Below, piece after piece: positions 38,736-52,312 of a DNA stretch of 64,000 nt (position 1 is the first letter of the stretch; each line of letters starts with the position of its first letter). The notes beneath the pieces were generated by a model, which saw only the letters and a list, made by a program, of their open reading frames with translations, did no database searches and was not told the origin of the DNA. Position numbers and translations under genes: made by a program. The DNA is from the human T2T-CHM13v2.0 reference genome, Homo sapiens. The stretch is taken from assembly GCF_009914755.1 (NCBI RefSeq), contig NC_060934.1. One strand, written 5' to 3'.

Positions 38736-39117
38736 GTTGACACTATTTTAATTTTATTTTATAAGTGAGTATGTTGAGCTGTATAAAGATTGACCGATTT
38801 GCTTAACTTAGCTAGGAAATGAGCCTCCAGGCCTTGGGCCTGGGTCTGAGTCATTCCAAATCACATGCTTTTAGTTATTTTCTAGTGTTTCCTGAAAATG
38901 TACAAAGGCTTCCATTTCTTCTTTAGAAAATGATAGCAGCTCTGTAAAGCACTTCCCAGTAACTCAGAGGGGGCAAAACACTCAGAAATATTTCCAAAAT
39001 CCAAAAAGAGAAGAAAAAAGAAAAGACACACTTTTGACGGGGGGAAAAAACACCACCCACACGTACAACTTAAATACTCAGAAAAATTTCATCAATATAC
39101 TCAAAATTGTATCATCA

Positions 39118-39235
39118 GGGTGCCAGCTGTTGACTCTGCTACTTGGGAAGCTGAGGCAAGGGGACTCCTTGAGGCCAGGAGTTTGAGTCCAGCCTGGGCA
39201 GCACAGCAAGACCCCATCTCTATTTATTTTAAAAG
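39118..39235 (+). mobile_element. Free Alu monomer (FLAM-like)
   Basis: GCTACTTGGGAAGCTGAGGC...TTGAGGCCAGGAGTTTGAG.CCAGCCTGGGCAGCACAGCAAGACCCCATCTCT with no right arm. Confidence 0.8.
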
Positions 39236-41232
39236 CCTTAAAAATAATAACCCCTTCAGGCCCTTAGGAGGAAATGGTGAGGTCTACTTTAGAGAAATGG
39301 TTTCCAGCTAAGCCTTCCAGAGGGGGGTCTTCTTTCACAGTCACCCAGGCCCCCACTCTGTTGGTGAAGATGACCAAAGCTCTAAGCCTGGCCTGTGAAT
39401 AACTGCCAGAAAAGACTTAATAGGATAAAGTTGGCTGACTCATTCTGATACCAACAGCAAGGACCCTGGAGGAGGAATCCACCTCTCTTCCCTTCCCTGA
39501 CTTTACTTCTAACTCCTCAGAACAAAGTTGGGTCTCACTGTGGGTGCAGAGTCCACTCTGAAGCTCCAGGGTCACCTTCTAAGTCTGCCAGGGTTGGCCC
39601 CTGGGGATGCAGGCCAGGATTAAGAAATAAACCTGAGTGCTCCCCACACAGTCCTCTCCACTGAGTTCCTGTACAGAAGAACAAGGTTGAGATAAGAGCC
39701 AAAGGCGATTCTGAAACGGACAGGAGGGCACAGATGGGGAGTTGGTGGAAGAAGATGGTGGAAGGGAAGAAAAGTATCAAGAGTTCCCTTAACTGGGAAA
39801 CCTTAAGAGAGGTGAGTGGACAAACACAAGTGCAATAGGGGGTGAAGTGTGTGAAGGAGCCACTGTTCATAAGCACCTGCCTTTATGGACGCGGCACTTT
39901 CATCAGCATTACACCAATCCCGAAGAACTTTCTGCAGATATACTGTTCTCAGAGAAGAATTCACAGCAGTTAAGAAGTGTTTTGTACATCAGGCATTTTA
40001 TAAACATTATTATATTTAATCTTTTAACAGCCCTGAAGTGTTGGTGTTATTATTCCCATTTAAAAGATGAAAACATTTAAGCTCATAGAGGTTAGGATCT
40101 CAGGCTTAGCAAAGTGTCAAATCCAGACTCAAATTCAACCATTCCTCTGTACCAAAGGGATGTTTCTGCCCTAAAGTGGGATGAAAGTCACTGGGAAGGC
40201 TCCCAGGGCCATGCAGAATCAGCCCTAATTAACACGGAAAGAAGACAGAGCTGACTTGTGGGAGCCCATAGAAGACAGGCGGGCAGGGCAGAGGATGCAA
40301 TGGGGTGGCTGAGAGTGGGTGAGGGGCTTCCACAGGAAAAGAGAAGCAGGAATTTGGGAGTGCATCATAGGGTGCCTAGGTCTCTGGTCATGCTGCCTGA
40401 CATTAAGGGCTGGTGACACAGCGCTTTCGCTCTGGGACTCTCTGCTGCAGGCACTGTAAGCCAGCCTCAGGCATGAAGCGTCCTCTGGGGGCTCAGGAAG
40501 AGTCAGGCTCTCCTGCTTGGGGGAGTTAGGTCCATTTGCTCCTGGGAAGTCCTCTCCAGCATGCTGACACCTCGGGCGTCTTCTCCCCAGCCTCCCTGGA
40601 CTTGGCTCTTTGTTGAAAACAAACAAGTACCCAAACTACCTTCTGTCACCAAAGACTGCCAGAATCCCAGGCTCCTGTGGGGACCAGCTGGCTCCAAATC
40701 AGAGGTAACACAAGACCTCCCTGTCCAAGAATATCTGACTCCCGCATGCCTGAGCATGGCCAAGACATTTCCACAGCGATCATGAAAAGTTGTGTTTCTA
40801 GTGACTAAACCTGAATCTTTTATCACGTTCAGTGTCAGGCAATAAGATGAGAAATCAGCATGTGACCAGAGGAGGTCAGAATGACCTACCTTGTCATTCA
40901 TGCCTGTGCTTTTATCCTTCACTAGATCCTCAAGAAAAGTCTTCAGTCAGATGCTCCTGTGCCCCAACCCAGACCAAGAGTCATCTTGACATTGCAAAGT
41001 ACAGTTTTACACAAACATTCTGAATTTAAAAAGAAACCCCACAGCCTGAGTTTTGGTGGTAGAAGCGTACTATTACATGTTCAAGGGCTTCTTCTCCTTC
41101 TCATTTTCTCAGACACAGACTCAGGAAGGACACTCAACCAGCAATGCAAAGACTTACGAAGAGATTGATGAGATCTGGAAAATACAAGCAAATAAGGTGC
41201 ATCTGTGAGCTGAAGCCATAAGGTGGAACATG

Positions 41233-42102
41233 GGTGGAGGAGAATGGGAAAGTGGGTGCTTCTACAATGGAATATTGGGGGGTTGCTCCCAGAAAAAGGT
41301 GATTGCTGGGCTGCAAAAGCAGCACACAGCTCTGTGGAGACAGGGATTCTTGCTGTCTTCTTGACCACTGCGTCACTGGCACCATGTGGTCAAATGAGTG
41401 TGTGTTCCATTGACAGTGCACTTGACCAGCAGCATGATCGAAATCAAAGAAATGTGTCAGCTGAGCTTGATCCCTCACATCCAGCAGTCCCCAAGTCCCT
41501 GCTGCCTATTACCTTCAACATAGCATTTCCTTTAAGGCCATAAAATGTCAAAGGGGGAAATGATTTTCCCCAGGTTGTAAGGGGCCCAGCAGAGTTAAAA
41601 GTAAGGAGGACTGTCTGCTGACAGGCGCCGCTCCTGTATACCCAATATGAGGCCATTAAATTTTGGAAAGTGTAGTTAACTTGGGGGATCAGTACAGAGA
41701 CCCCCCCATATACACAGGGTACAGCATGGAGTATATCCATCACGGCAGGAGACAAATTTCCCTGCAGCACTTGTTAAATTTTATTAATCAGACTCAACAC
41801 GTAGTGCTTAAAGGGAACACAGAAGCCCAGTTATGTAAGGTAGTTTTATCTAGATCACTTATAAGAACTTGAGGCAGCAATGACCAGATCATGTTGTCCC
41901 TGCTTCCGGTCAAGGGCGCTGTTAATGGAACACACACTCATTTGACTACACAGTGCCAGCGACGCAGTGGTCAAGAAGACAGCAAGAATCCCTGTCTCCA
42001 CAGAGCTGTGTGCTGCTTCTGCAGCTCAGCAATCACCTTCTTCTGGGAGCAACCCTCCAATATTCCTCTGTAGAAGCACCCTCTTTCCCATTCTCCTCCA
42101 CC
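41233..42102. repeat. Inverted repeat: arms 41233-41439 and 41887-42102, ~450 bp spacer
   Basis: About 16 mismatches and one short indel over ~205 bp (~92%), including a 58-bp perfect run. Confidence 0.96.
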
Positions 42103-42575
42103 TGAGTTCTTAGGAAAGGTAACCTCCTTTTCCTAGCCCCAAGGGAAAGGGAGGACACATGACCCAGGCCTGGCCACTTGGAAAATTGCAATCTCTGTGC
42201 CAAAGAAACTGGGACAGAGATGGGCATGCTATCCACATTTGGAGTATCCCTGGTCAACCCAAAGTCTTTCTTTGAATTATTGAAATGAAGTGCTTTCCTC
42301 TGCAGGTCTTTTAAGATGGTAGGATGAAAGTGTGATGCTGCTAAGACTTATCTCTAATGCTGTTTTGAGAATTTGTTCAAAGCAACTTCAGAGGAAACCA
42401 GAGACAAGATGTAAAGAGAGGTTCCCAATGACATCATCTATGCCCAGATTCAGCCATGCATGATGTCCGCATACCCCTTGAAGTTTCTGTCTCCTTAGCC
42501 AATGAATTCTCTTGTATCTTAAGCCTGCTTCAGTTGCTTTTCTGTAGCTTCCAATGGAAAGAGCCCTAACCTCTA
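42020..42575 (+). mobile_element. Old MaLR LTR (MLT1K/L-like)
   Basis: 3' end GTTCCCAATGACATC...CAGCCATGC...AGCCAATGAATTCTCTT...CTTAAGCC...CAGTTGCTTTTCTGTAGCTTCCAA..AAAGAGCCCTAAC. Confidence 0.65.
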
Positions 42576-43406
42576 TAATGAGGATGCCTCTGGACTTGCA
42601 AATGGAGCTCCATTGGCAAGCAAAGTCAAGGAACAAGTCAAACCCCTCCCACCCATGGTACCCCAGTTTTCCACTTATACTTAGACCACCCCCAGCTTTA
42701 GTTCCCACCTCTCCATCCCCCCATAACCAGCGCTACTTCCCCTCCCACAATGGCCCTCACTGGACTCCTAACAGCTCAGGTCCCTCTGCTTTGCCAGATG
42801 TCCCTGCCTCTGTCCCTTTCCCTTAGAATGATTTTTGGTGCCAGATACCACAACTCTGGGAAAGGCCTCCCTCATGCTCCCTTCCCAGACCTCAGGGGAT
42901 ACGCTTCCCACCCAGCCTCCCTGCCAGGAGAGGAGAGCCAGGCAGAAGCAACACAGTCTCTTGTGGAACTTTTCTAGGACAGAAAGGCAAAAAAAAAAAA
43001 AAAAATCCTACATGCAGAAAACAGAATACAGCTTTTCCTATTGAGCATCAGTAAAGAGTAGGGGGTTACAAAAACAGTTTAACACACACACACAAAATCC
43101 TTTATTTGAATTGCTTTGAGACAAATGTGACTTGTTCCCCCAAAAGTTAATTTTAAAAAAAGTGATCCTTGTAATGTAATCTCTTAGAGCTCATATTTCC
43201 CCGGGACAGTATTTTAGGGACTGACTTCAGCTGTGACCGAGTTAAAAGGCTTTAAAAACATTGCATCAAACAACAAAAGTTCAAATAAAGATGGCCTCCT
43301 TTTTTTCAGACTCATTGATATGATTTTAGAGGCCTAGGTTATACGCATTAGTTCTTCTGGCGGTAAGGAGGAGAAAAGAAAAAAATTAACAGAGTTGCTT
43401 CTAATC

Positions 43407-43710
43407 AGAGGTCACAAACCCATGTCCGCAAACTGAATCTGACATTATTTTTATTTAAATTAGTGGCCAAGAATGACATCCCTGCAAAATCCTGATTTCT
43501 GGCTTTACTGGAGGAGTCAGCAGAACTGGAAACCCCAGGATACCTTTTGTGCTGTGCTGTTGTGCTCGGTATTTCTAGCATTTCCGGTAATTTTCTCCCG
43601 TTCCCACCAGGTACACTGGTTTGCTGCCCCTATCCGTAGTCTCGTCCGGATCGACAGTAGTGGCACCTCCCCTGGCAACCAGGCAATCAGGTGGCACATA
43701 CAGGTTCTAT
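43407..43710 (+). mobile_element. hAT-Charlie element (MER102-like)
   Basis: CAGAGGTCACAAAC...AATTAGTGGCCAA...AAAATCCTGATTTCTGGCTT. Confidence 0.5.
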
Positions 43711-44745
43711 GAGGGGTGACCACAGCCTGGGTGCTGGGAGAGAAGGTGGCAGAGTGGAAAAGAGCTATTCCAGCCAGGCCCTCCCGCACCCCCACTTGGA
43801 TCTTCTCTCTTGAGGGACTCCCAGCCTCCCTATGGAAGAGCAGCCAACCTAGAATCTGCCCCTAGACTCTGGGCCGTCTGTTTTCTCCTCTTCCACCCCT
43901 CCCCGCATGGGGCTGGTGCAGCCGCATACTCAGGCTTGAGAGGTCAGCCTGCGCGGGCTCCCTCTTCCCAAGGAAGAGGATCTTGGGCTGGCCCAGATAC
44001 CGCTTCTCCTGAAGAAGGATTTCAGTCAGACTACGAGGACTGGGAAATCCTAATTCAAATCATTCTAAACAATCTTAAGAAAAGGAAGTTCCATGATCCT
44101 TTGAAACAGCCCACAGCTGAAGATCTGATGGCTGCTGTTCTTCACCTTGCTAAGTAGTTCACTGGCTCCTGGCTGGCGCCCCCATCTGCTGCCCCAGCTT
44201 GAAGAAAAGCAAGATGGCGCCTCCCCTCATCAAAAACTACTGTCTGGCCCAGGAAACCAGGAGGGCAGGCGGGTGACTTACCTTCCAGGCAGTGCATGGG
44301 GAACTGCAGAAAGGGCTCTCCCTGACCTGGCCTCCCACTAAGGTCTAGTCCTCCAGGGGCTTTGGGCTTCGAGGGGGCAACTCCTCCTGGTGTGGAGGCT
44401 GGGAACAGGCAAGTGATGCTGACGGAAGGATGTCCCGAGGAAGAGCCTCACGCTGCTCTCGCCTACAATTATTTTTCTATTGGCTGATACATGTTAAATA
44501 CAAAACTCACATCAGGAACGAGAATATAAGTCAGCCTCTGGCATTTATGCTGAGTGGGATGATTGATAGTCACTTAAATGTGTAATCCAATCCTGCTAAT
44601 TTTTCAGTAGCTCGATGCATCCCCAGGAGAACGCAGAATTTCTTTGCAGGGCACAGCCACCACCACCAACTGTTTTCTTTCCCATAGAAGGTACATTTCT
44701 GTTCCAGAAACATACTCGTTCCTTTGTGTAGAAAACTTTGCATGA

Positions 44746-45045
44746 GGCCCGGCGCAGTGGCTCGCGCCTGTAATCCCAGCATTTTGGGGGGCCGAGGGGG
44801 GGCAGATCACTTGAGGTCAGGAGTTCGAGACCAGCCTGGGCAACGTGGTGAAACCCCATCTCTACTAAAAATACAAAAATTAGCCAGGCATGATAGTACA
44901 CGCCTGTAATCCCAGCTACTCAGGAGGCTGAGGCACGAGAATCACTTGAACCCAGGAGGCAGAGGTTGCAGTGAGCTGAAATCATGCCACTGCACTCCAG
45001 CCTGGGTGACAGAGTGAGACTCGGTTTCAAAAAAAAAAAAAAAAA
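44746..45045 (+). mobile_element. Alu (AluSx/Sz-like)
   Basis: Full dimer with A tail; TSD TTGCATGA at 44738-44745 and 45046-45053. Confidence 0.96.
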
Positions 45046-46699
45046 TTGCATGACATATGACATACAAGACATAGGCCAGGACTACAGAGGTTAACTAACT
45101 ATATTATCTGGTTGGTCAGCCCACACAGGGCAAACCCACTGTACTGACAGACATCATTTAGAAAACTTGGTACACCTTCGAATCCATTTTTAATTTACAG
45201 AAAAATACTGTGCTTATCTCCAAGGATTATAACCAACTGATAATATGGAAGCATATGCTCCCCTTCTGAGCAAATGATGACTTATGTTCCTTTCCCATCA
45301 GTACAAAGAAGAGGTAGAGTGTTTGATTGCTAAGACTCTAAGAGTGGAAGAGAATCCTACCTAAAAATGAGCTTTTAGAATGCAGAAATAGTGCCCTGGT
45401 TTTGTTTGGCTAAAAGCCAATGGGCTTCATCAGCTCAGCGCAAAGAAATGTCCCAAATATGGGAGAGATGGACAGGGAAGATGGATGGCAGCCTGGCTGA
45501 TTTCAAGGCCAGGAGTCATGGCCTGGGCCACCATCCTGTCTGGTGAGGGGGGAAAGGACCATGTTGGAAGCACTGGTGGCCACGTCTAGGATTAACGTTT
45601 TATCAGCAGTAACTGGGAGAGTTGGAAACGTTGGACTTCAGACTCGACATTGCCACTAGAACCTGTAGCGTGGAATCCCTTCGAGCAAGCCCTAGAGTGC
45701 CTGAAATGGTCTATCACTATCCCCTACAGCTGCTGCTGTGTTCCAGACCCTTCCTTTCTCTCCCGTGGACTGATGCAGGAGCTTCCAGCCAAATGGCTGC
45801 TCCTCTCCCCAGTCTTCCCCCCTGCTAACTCCATCCTTCCTGCTGCTGCCAAAGCTTCCTCACTAAAACATAGAACAGATGAATTGGAGAAAGGCCAGTC
45901 ATCCTTGGCTCTATAGCATCTCTCAGGATTGCTGAACCACATATGTGTGCATGTAGATGTGAATTTAGGTGTTATGCATGAACACATGAACCATGGATCC
46001 CCACCCAGGCAGACCTTATAGAGATAAGGTATATTTTCTCCCCCAGGACATTTCATTCTTCTGCAGTGACAGGTCCTCTGTCTCCTAATCCCACCATCCT
46101 CTGGCCCATCAGGAAGGCTCGAGGTTTACCCCAGCCTCATCTCTCCCTCCAGAAAGCCACTTTCTTGGACAAAGATGCTTACATCCTGCAGCTCTTTCTC
46201 CACGCCCTTCTTGAATGACTTCTACTTGCAAGGTGGCTGAGTACATCACACATTGGACAAGGGATTACCTCACCTGACTCCCTCCACCTGTGACCCCATG
46301 GTATCATCTTCTGTACATCCACAGCAAACCCACTGGGACCGAAACAACTAGAGAAACCCGAAGACCTAGCAAATGCCATTTTGGTGAGGACAGAGACATT
46401 TCCTGTTTCCATCTCTGCTTTATCCCCTGAGCCTCGCACAGTGCCTGGTAAACAGTGGGTGTTTGTAAATACTTGATAAATAAGTAAATCAATGAATCGG
46501 TGTTCACCCCAGCCTTTAGTCCTTTTCCTGCCCTCCTGTTACCAGTGGCTTAGGATTCCTTATAACCAACAGTGCATCAGAGAGATGCAGGCAGAGAGAT
46601 TCCTGGGCCTTCACTGGTCCAGGTCTTGAAATGGTGAATTCAGAACATCTTTCTACTCAGTTGTCCCATGCATGGGTCATTTGCCCCGGCTCACCTTGC

Positions 46700-47130
46700 A
46701 AAGATACCTCACTTGGTGTTACAGATGCCAATGGTGACCAGCGCCAGTCTCCTCAGTTCTGTCCAAGGGCTCTGCATTGCTGGCTTTTCTCACTGGGCCC
46801 TCTGTGGGCACCCAGGAGCCCACCAGCCTTCACACAAGTGTAGCTTGAAAGTGCAGGGAGTGAGCACCCTGGGGATAAGCCTTGGCCAATGGGAGGGGAG
46901 CAGGGGACAAAACCTCCCATCCTGCACATGGCCATAGCAAGACCATAGCAAGAGGCATTCCATAGGCTCCCGCTGCCATTCACAGTGAACTTCATCCTAG
47001 CTTCTCCCCTACCATGTCCCTTTCTCTGTTCCCTCCCTCCTGCTTCCTGGAACCACCCCCCAAATGACTCCCTGCACTCAAGTTCTCGTCTCAGACTTGA
47101 CTGTTGGGAACCCCCAAACCAAGGCACACA
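46700..47130 (+). mobile_element. ERVL LTR (LTR16-like); 5' boundary uncertain
   Basis: GCTTGAAAGTGCAGGGAGT...GCCAATGGGAG...TGCTTCCTGGAACCACCCCCCAAATGACTCCCTGCACTCAAGTTCTCGTCTCAG...GGGAACCCCCAAACCAAGGCA. Confidence 0.65.
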
Positions 47131-48959
47131 GTTAGACAAAATATCCCATTGTGGATATTGTTGCTCCAAACTCCCATCTTGCAATCTTTTCAATCGTCTG
47201 TCCTTTACTAAATGCCAGTCTCTCAAAATTTCTGCTGCTTGATAATTGGAAAAAACCTCAGGCAAGTTCCTGGCCATCCCCAGGCCTCATTTTCCCATCA
47301 GGAAGAAGGAAATAAGCACACCTGTCTCCCCAGTCTCCCTGCCTGGCTCACTGGGCAGGCAAATGTGTGGGAGGTGATTGCAAAGGTACCAGATTTGCCA
47401 AATATACGCTTGCAATTAAATCCAAAGGCCTGTCCCACAGTTGCTTGACTTTTTTTAAAGGCCAATTTATCCTCCTTTCTTAAAGACTAAACAATTTTTC
47501 CACTTCATTTATTAAAATAAAGCTCTTTAACTTGCACGCTTTTAGACAAAAGCAACAGTACTCTGAAATGACCCCATCACTTCTCAGTGAGAAGCTGTGC
47601 TCCCTGTTCTTTGTGCTTCTTGGGATTGCAAGTGCGGCCTTTGTGAGTACTCTGTGGGCCTGGAGCAGCCACACGGAAAGGCTCACAGCTGAACCCAGCA
47701 GTAGCATCACCTGCCTTTCCCCACCCTGGTTTTTTTTCCCTTTCTAATTTGGGGTCCTCTTATAGCTCCTCAAATACAATGTACTCGTGTCCCTCAGAGC
47801 CACTGCACAGACTGTCCCCTCTCCCTAAAGAGACCCCGCTCTTATCCTCCCCCTCCCCTACCCCACCCAGTCAGCCAGCTGAACTCTGGTTCATCTTCTG
47901 CATCCGGGTGAAAGGTCACCTTCCTTGCCAGTCAACCCCCACCCTCCCACTGCAGTCATCAGAGATGAGCAGCCTCTAAAACCTGCCCTCGAGGTGCACA
48001 TACATGCCTTTGCTGTCACCTATGTTAGAACCACAAGGCTGGAGTCTTTCCACCTTAAGAGTTCCCAATGCCTATTCGATGGGACCACAGCAGACACTCA
48101 AGAAAGGCTTTTCACAAAGCTCATCTTAGAACAAACCTGCATTTTTAGGGATTCTGTGCCTCTTTGAGCCTCTAGGGAGCGAGTAGAGGTGATTTGCAGG
48201 GAGAACTTGGGCATTTCCACACCTCTGACCTTACAACCCTCAAGAGCACCAACATCCCGTCCTGATGCTGTGTGATCCCCGCTGCTCCAATAGTACTGTG
48301 GGTGTTGGCACAACAGACAGAGCCTGAGCTGGAAAGAGATTCTCACAACCAAAGCTAGGGCTGCAGGCGAAGGACATCGCCAGTTAGCAGCACTATGGAG
48401 AGAAACTCTGCTCTGAAGAAAAGTCCGTATATCACTATCCAGAGGCAGTGGATCATGAACAAATACTCCTGTGAGCCAAGTGCACGGGTTTGGTTTGCCT
48501 CCTCTGTACTAAAAGGGGTCAGGGTAGGGTAAGCGCTTAGTATGGCTCCACCTGTGGAGCCCTCTGTGAGGCAGCCTCACCTCCTCATTTGCATAATGGA
48601 GCTGAGGGGAATTTCCTGCCTCCCCTAGGGGTTGCTGAGAAGAACAAATAAAACGATGGATGTGCAAATCCTCTATAAATTGCAAAGTGCCATGTAAATG
48701 AAAAAAATATTTACCCTATATTCCTAAAAAAAGAAAAAAAATGAGGGCAATAGAGTTGACTCCAAAACATGAATTTTTAAAAGCAGCACAGGATCCTTCT
48801 CGGCTGTCTGCTGTTCTCTGTGGGCACCTTGCAGGTGCTTAGTTCCACCACCTTTCCTCTGCAGATGAGGACCCTAAGCCAGAGCAGAATGAAGTCACTT
48901 GCTTGGAATCACACAGGCAGTGAGTGACAGAGTCTGAACTCAAATCACTTCCTCTTTCT

Positions 48960-49817
48960 TGTGGAAATAAAGACCAACCAAATGGGAATGAGCTGTTTAT
49001 TCCGAGCTTGCTTCCGCAAGGGAGGCAGCCATCATCACTTGTGTTTTCATAGAAACTCACAAGAGGAAAGGCAGGGAGAGGCCAGCCACAGTGGCTCACA
49101 CCTGTAATCCCAACACTTTGGGAGGCCAAGGCAGAAGGATCACTTGAGACCAGGAGTTTGAGACCAGCCTGGGCAGCATAGTGAGATGCCCATCTCTACA
49201 AAAAATTTAAAAAATAATTCACTGTGTACGGTGGTATATCCCTGTAGTCCCAGCTACTCAGGAGGCTAAGATGGGAGGATCACTTGAGCCCAGGAGATCA
49301 AAGCTGCAGTAAGCCATGTTTTCGCCATTGCATTCCAGCCTGGGAGAGAGAGTAAGAGACCCTCTCTAAAAAAAAAAAAAAAAAAAAGCAGGCAGAGGAC
49401 TGGGAGAGCTTCATAGCAGAAGAAAAGGAAGCTTCCGGTGGTCCCTGACTGGAGGCTGCGGGCACAGGAAGCTGTAGATGGACTAAGTAGAAGCAGAACA
49501 TTCTATGTCATTGGTTAGGGGAAAAATAAAAATCTAACCTTCTCTGGTTGGTCCTAAGTTGGAAGCAGGGACAAAAACTAGGGAAGCGGTTCTTTATTAT
49601 TCGAGCCTTGGTCATTTTGGACAGACTGTTACAGAGGTTACTGTGTGGCTTCCTGAATTGCGCTAGATATAGTGGCCTGGCTTCCTGCAAGTCTGACTTA
49701 TAAATAGTAGGCTGGTTTCCCAGGCTAGTTTTCTGGACTGATTGCTGCAGGTTGTGGGTCAGAATTCAATTGCTATAGATGGTCAAGCCTTCCTTGCACT
49801 ATATAGTCAGTCTCTCA
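48960..49817 (-). mobile_element. ERV1-class solo LTR (MER67-like), split by an Alu
   Basis: Reverse strand begins TGAGAGACTGACTATA...TTCTGACCCACAACCTGCAGCAATCAG and ends with AATAAA...CCACA. Confidence 0.6.
49080..49387 (+). mobile_element. Alu (AluJ-like)
   Basis: Full dimer with A20 tail; GCAGG(G/C)AGA flanking duplication. Confidence 0.93.
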
Positions 49818-50189
49818 CTTTCCTGTATCACCTGACTCAAAACCCACTGCTTTCACAAACAGGATGTCTTTCTTTATCAGGGTTTTAGGAACATAGATAA
49901 TTTTATCCTTAATGAAATAACTAAGCAAGCAAGCACCCTAGGAAGCTCATGACCTTTTCCGTTATCCAGAAGAAGGATCTCATAAAGTTCTTTATTGATC
50001 AACTAGAAGAGAGGAAGCAATGTTTGGAAATAGCATGTTTTCATACTCTGTAAATTCAGAATTGTCCAGGATCACTGATAGGTGTTTACCAGGCTGAAAG
50101 TTTCCACCCAAATGTGTGAACACAGCAGCATTCACAGCTCCAACAAGGTTAGTGTACACAAACATTTTTATTCTCATCCTCTAATTCCC

Positions 50190-50492
50190 TTTTGTTGTTG
50201 TTGTTGTTGTTGGTTTGTTTGTTTTTGTTTGTTTGTTTGTTTGTTTGAGATGGAGTCTCCCTCTGGTCACCGAGGCTGGAGTGCAGTGGTGCAATCTCGA
50301 CTCACTGCAACCTCCACCTTCTGGGTTCAAGCAAGGCACGTGCCACCATGCCCGGCTAATTTTTTGTATTTTTTAGTAGAGACGGGATTTCACCATATTG
50401 GCCAGGATGGTCTGAATTTCCTGACCTTGTGATCCGCCTGCCTCGGCCTCCCAAAGTGTTGGGATTACAGGCGTGAGCCATCACGCCCGACC
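50190..50492 (-). mobile_element. Alu (AluSc-like) with (GTT)n/(GTTT)n tail and a ~37-bp internal deletion
   Basis: TTCAAGCA joins directly to AGGCACGTGCCACC; TSD CTC(A/G)TC(C/T)TCTAATTC at 50173-50187 and 50493-50507. Confidence 0.93.
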
Positions 50493-50819
50493 CTCGTCTT
50501 CTAATTCTTAACAATGGCTGCCAAGTTATGAGGTGAGGCCCAATGACAGCTCGGGCAATGTTAGAAATTGTAGGCGATTTGGGGAGGATGCTGGGAAAGG
50601 GCCTCAGTGCATAAAGGAACATCTGAAAACAGCTGAAAACAGCCCAGTAACAGTGTTATTCATTTTAGTCACTGTGTAGTGTTTTGGCTTCTGGTATCTA
50701 AAGTTCTCAGGCAGATTAAATTATGAAAATGTAAGCAAAATTGTTCCTGAGTTCTGTGTTGCTTATGAGTTGGAGATGTTGACTTTTGCACCATCAGAGA
50801 GACCTGAATTGGAGTCAAC

Positions 50820-51205
50820 CCAGAAGCTCTTTGAACCTCATCTTTTAGGAATTTTCATGGAGGCTTCATCATATAGACATGGTAAATTATTAGCCCAGTC
50901 TCTATCCCCTGTCCCTCTCCTGGAGGATGGGATGTGGGGCTGGAAGTTCCAAGCTTTTAATCATGGCTTGGTATTTCTGGTGATTAGCTCCATCCAGGAG
51001 CCCACTAAGAGTAGCCTCATTGGAACAAAAGGTGCTCCTATCACCCAGAAAATTTCAAGGGATTAGGTGCTCTGTATCAGGAACTGAGGTCAAAGACCAA
51101 ACATTCAAACAAAAGATACACCTAGCACCTCTATGGCTCAGGAATTACAAGAACCCGGGGACAGAGACTAAATATATATTTCTGATTATAAATCACACTA
51201 TCACA
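50820..51205 (-). mobile_element. LTR fragment (MER21-like)
   Basis: ATGGAGGCTTCATCATATAGACATGG...GGGGCTGGAAGTTCCAAGCTT.TAATCATGGCTTGGT...CCCAGAAAATTTCAAGGGATTAGG...ATCACA. Confidence 0.7.
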
Positions 51206-51939
51206 ATATTGCTCCCCCAAAAATACTCAGGGTCCTGTTCTGACAGATGCAGGGGATATTTAGAACCTCAGGCTGAGTTCCCCGGAAACAGCTTCTGGGA
51301 TAAGGATGTGTGTGAAAGAAATTTATTGGAAAGTGAGTCCAAGAAAACCTGATAGGGGCGTGGAGACCTTCGATCAGGAAAGGAAGGCACCAAGCAAAGA
51401 TGTGATGTCAAGGAAAACCTTGGCTCAGTCCCATGGGAAGTTCTGGGGACCGTGTAGAATCCAATTCAGAAATATCCTGATCTAGGAGCGAGAGAGCTGG
51501 GGTATTTATAGACTCACACCCATCACTCATTGGTGGGGGAGTGCTCCAGAGAACAGCGTTCCCAGGCACTATGGCTCTCCAAGCACAGGCAAGTGAGCTC
51601 TGAAGGCTGAGGGCAGCCCTATGCCTGGAGGGGCCAGTGCCCTCTCTTCGGAGTAAGAGCTCACCTCTCAGCAGTCTTTTGTTTGTCCATTTGTCTATGT
51701 AAATGAGATAATAATTTTGTGCCTACTAGGAAAGACAAGAGCTCTTTGATACTTGGAACTGTGAGTTTTTATGAGTAGCAGCTAAAATGGTACAATTGAA
51801 GCTATAAACTATCTACGGGATCATAAGTCTAGGTGTCTATAATTCAGAAAACTACCTTTCATTGTGTATTTGATGTTTTTGTATATCCAGAGCGTATTAA
51901 TAAATTGAATTTTAAAAGTCTCTTAAATTAAAGGAGCTA

Positions 51940-52312
<373 letters not shown>

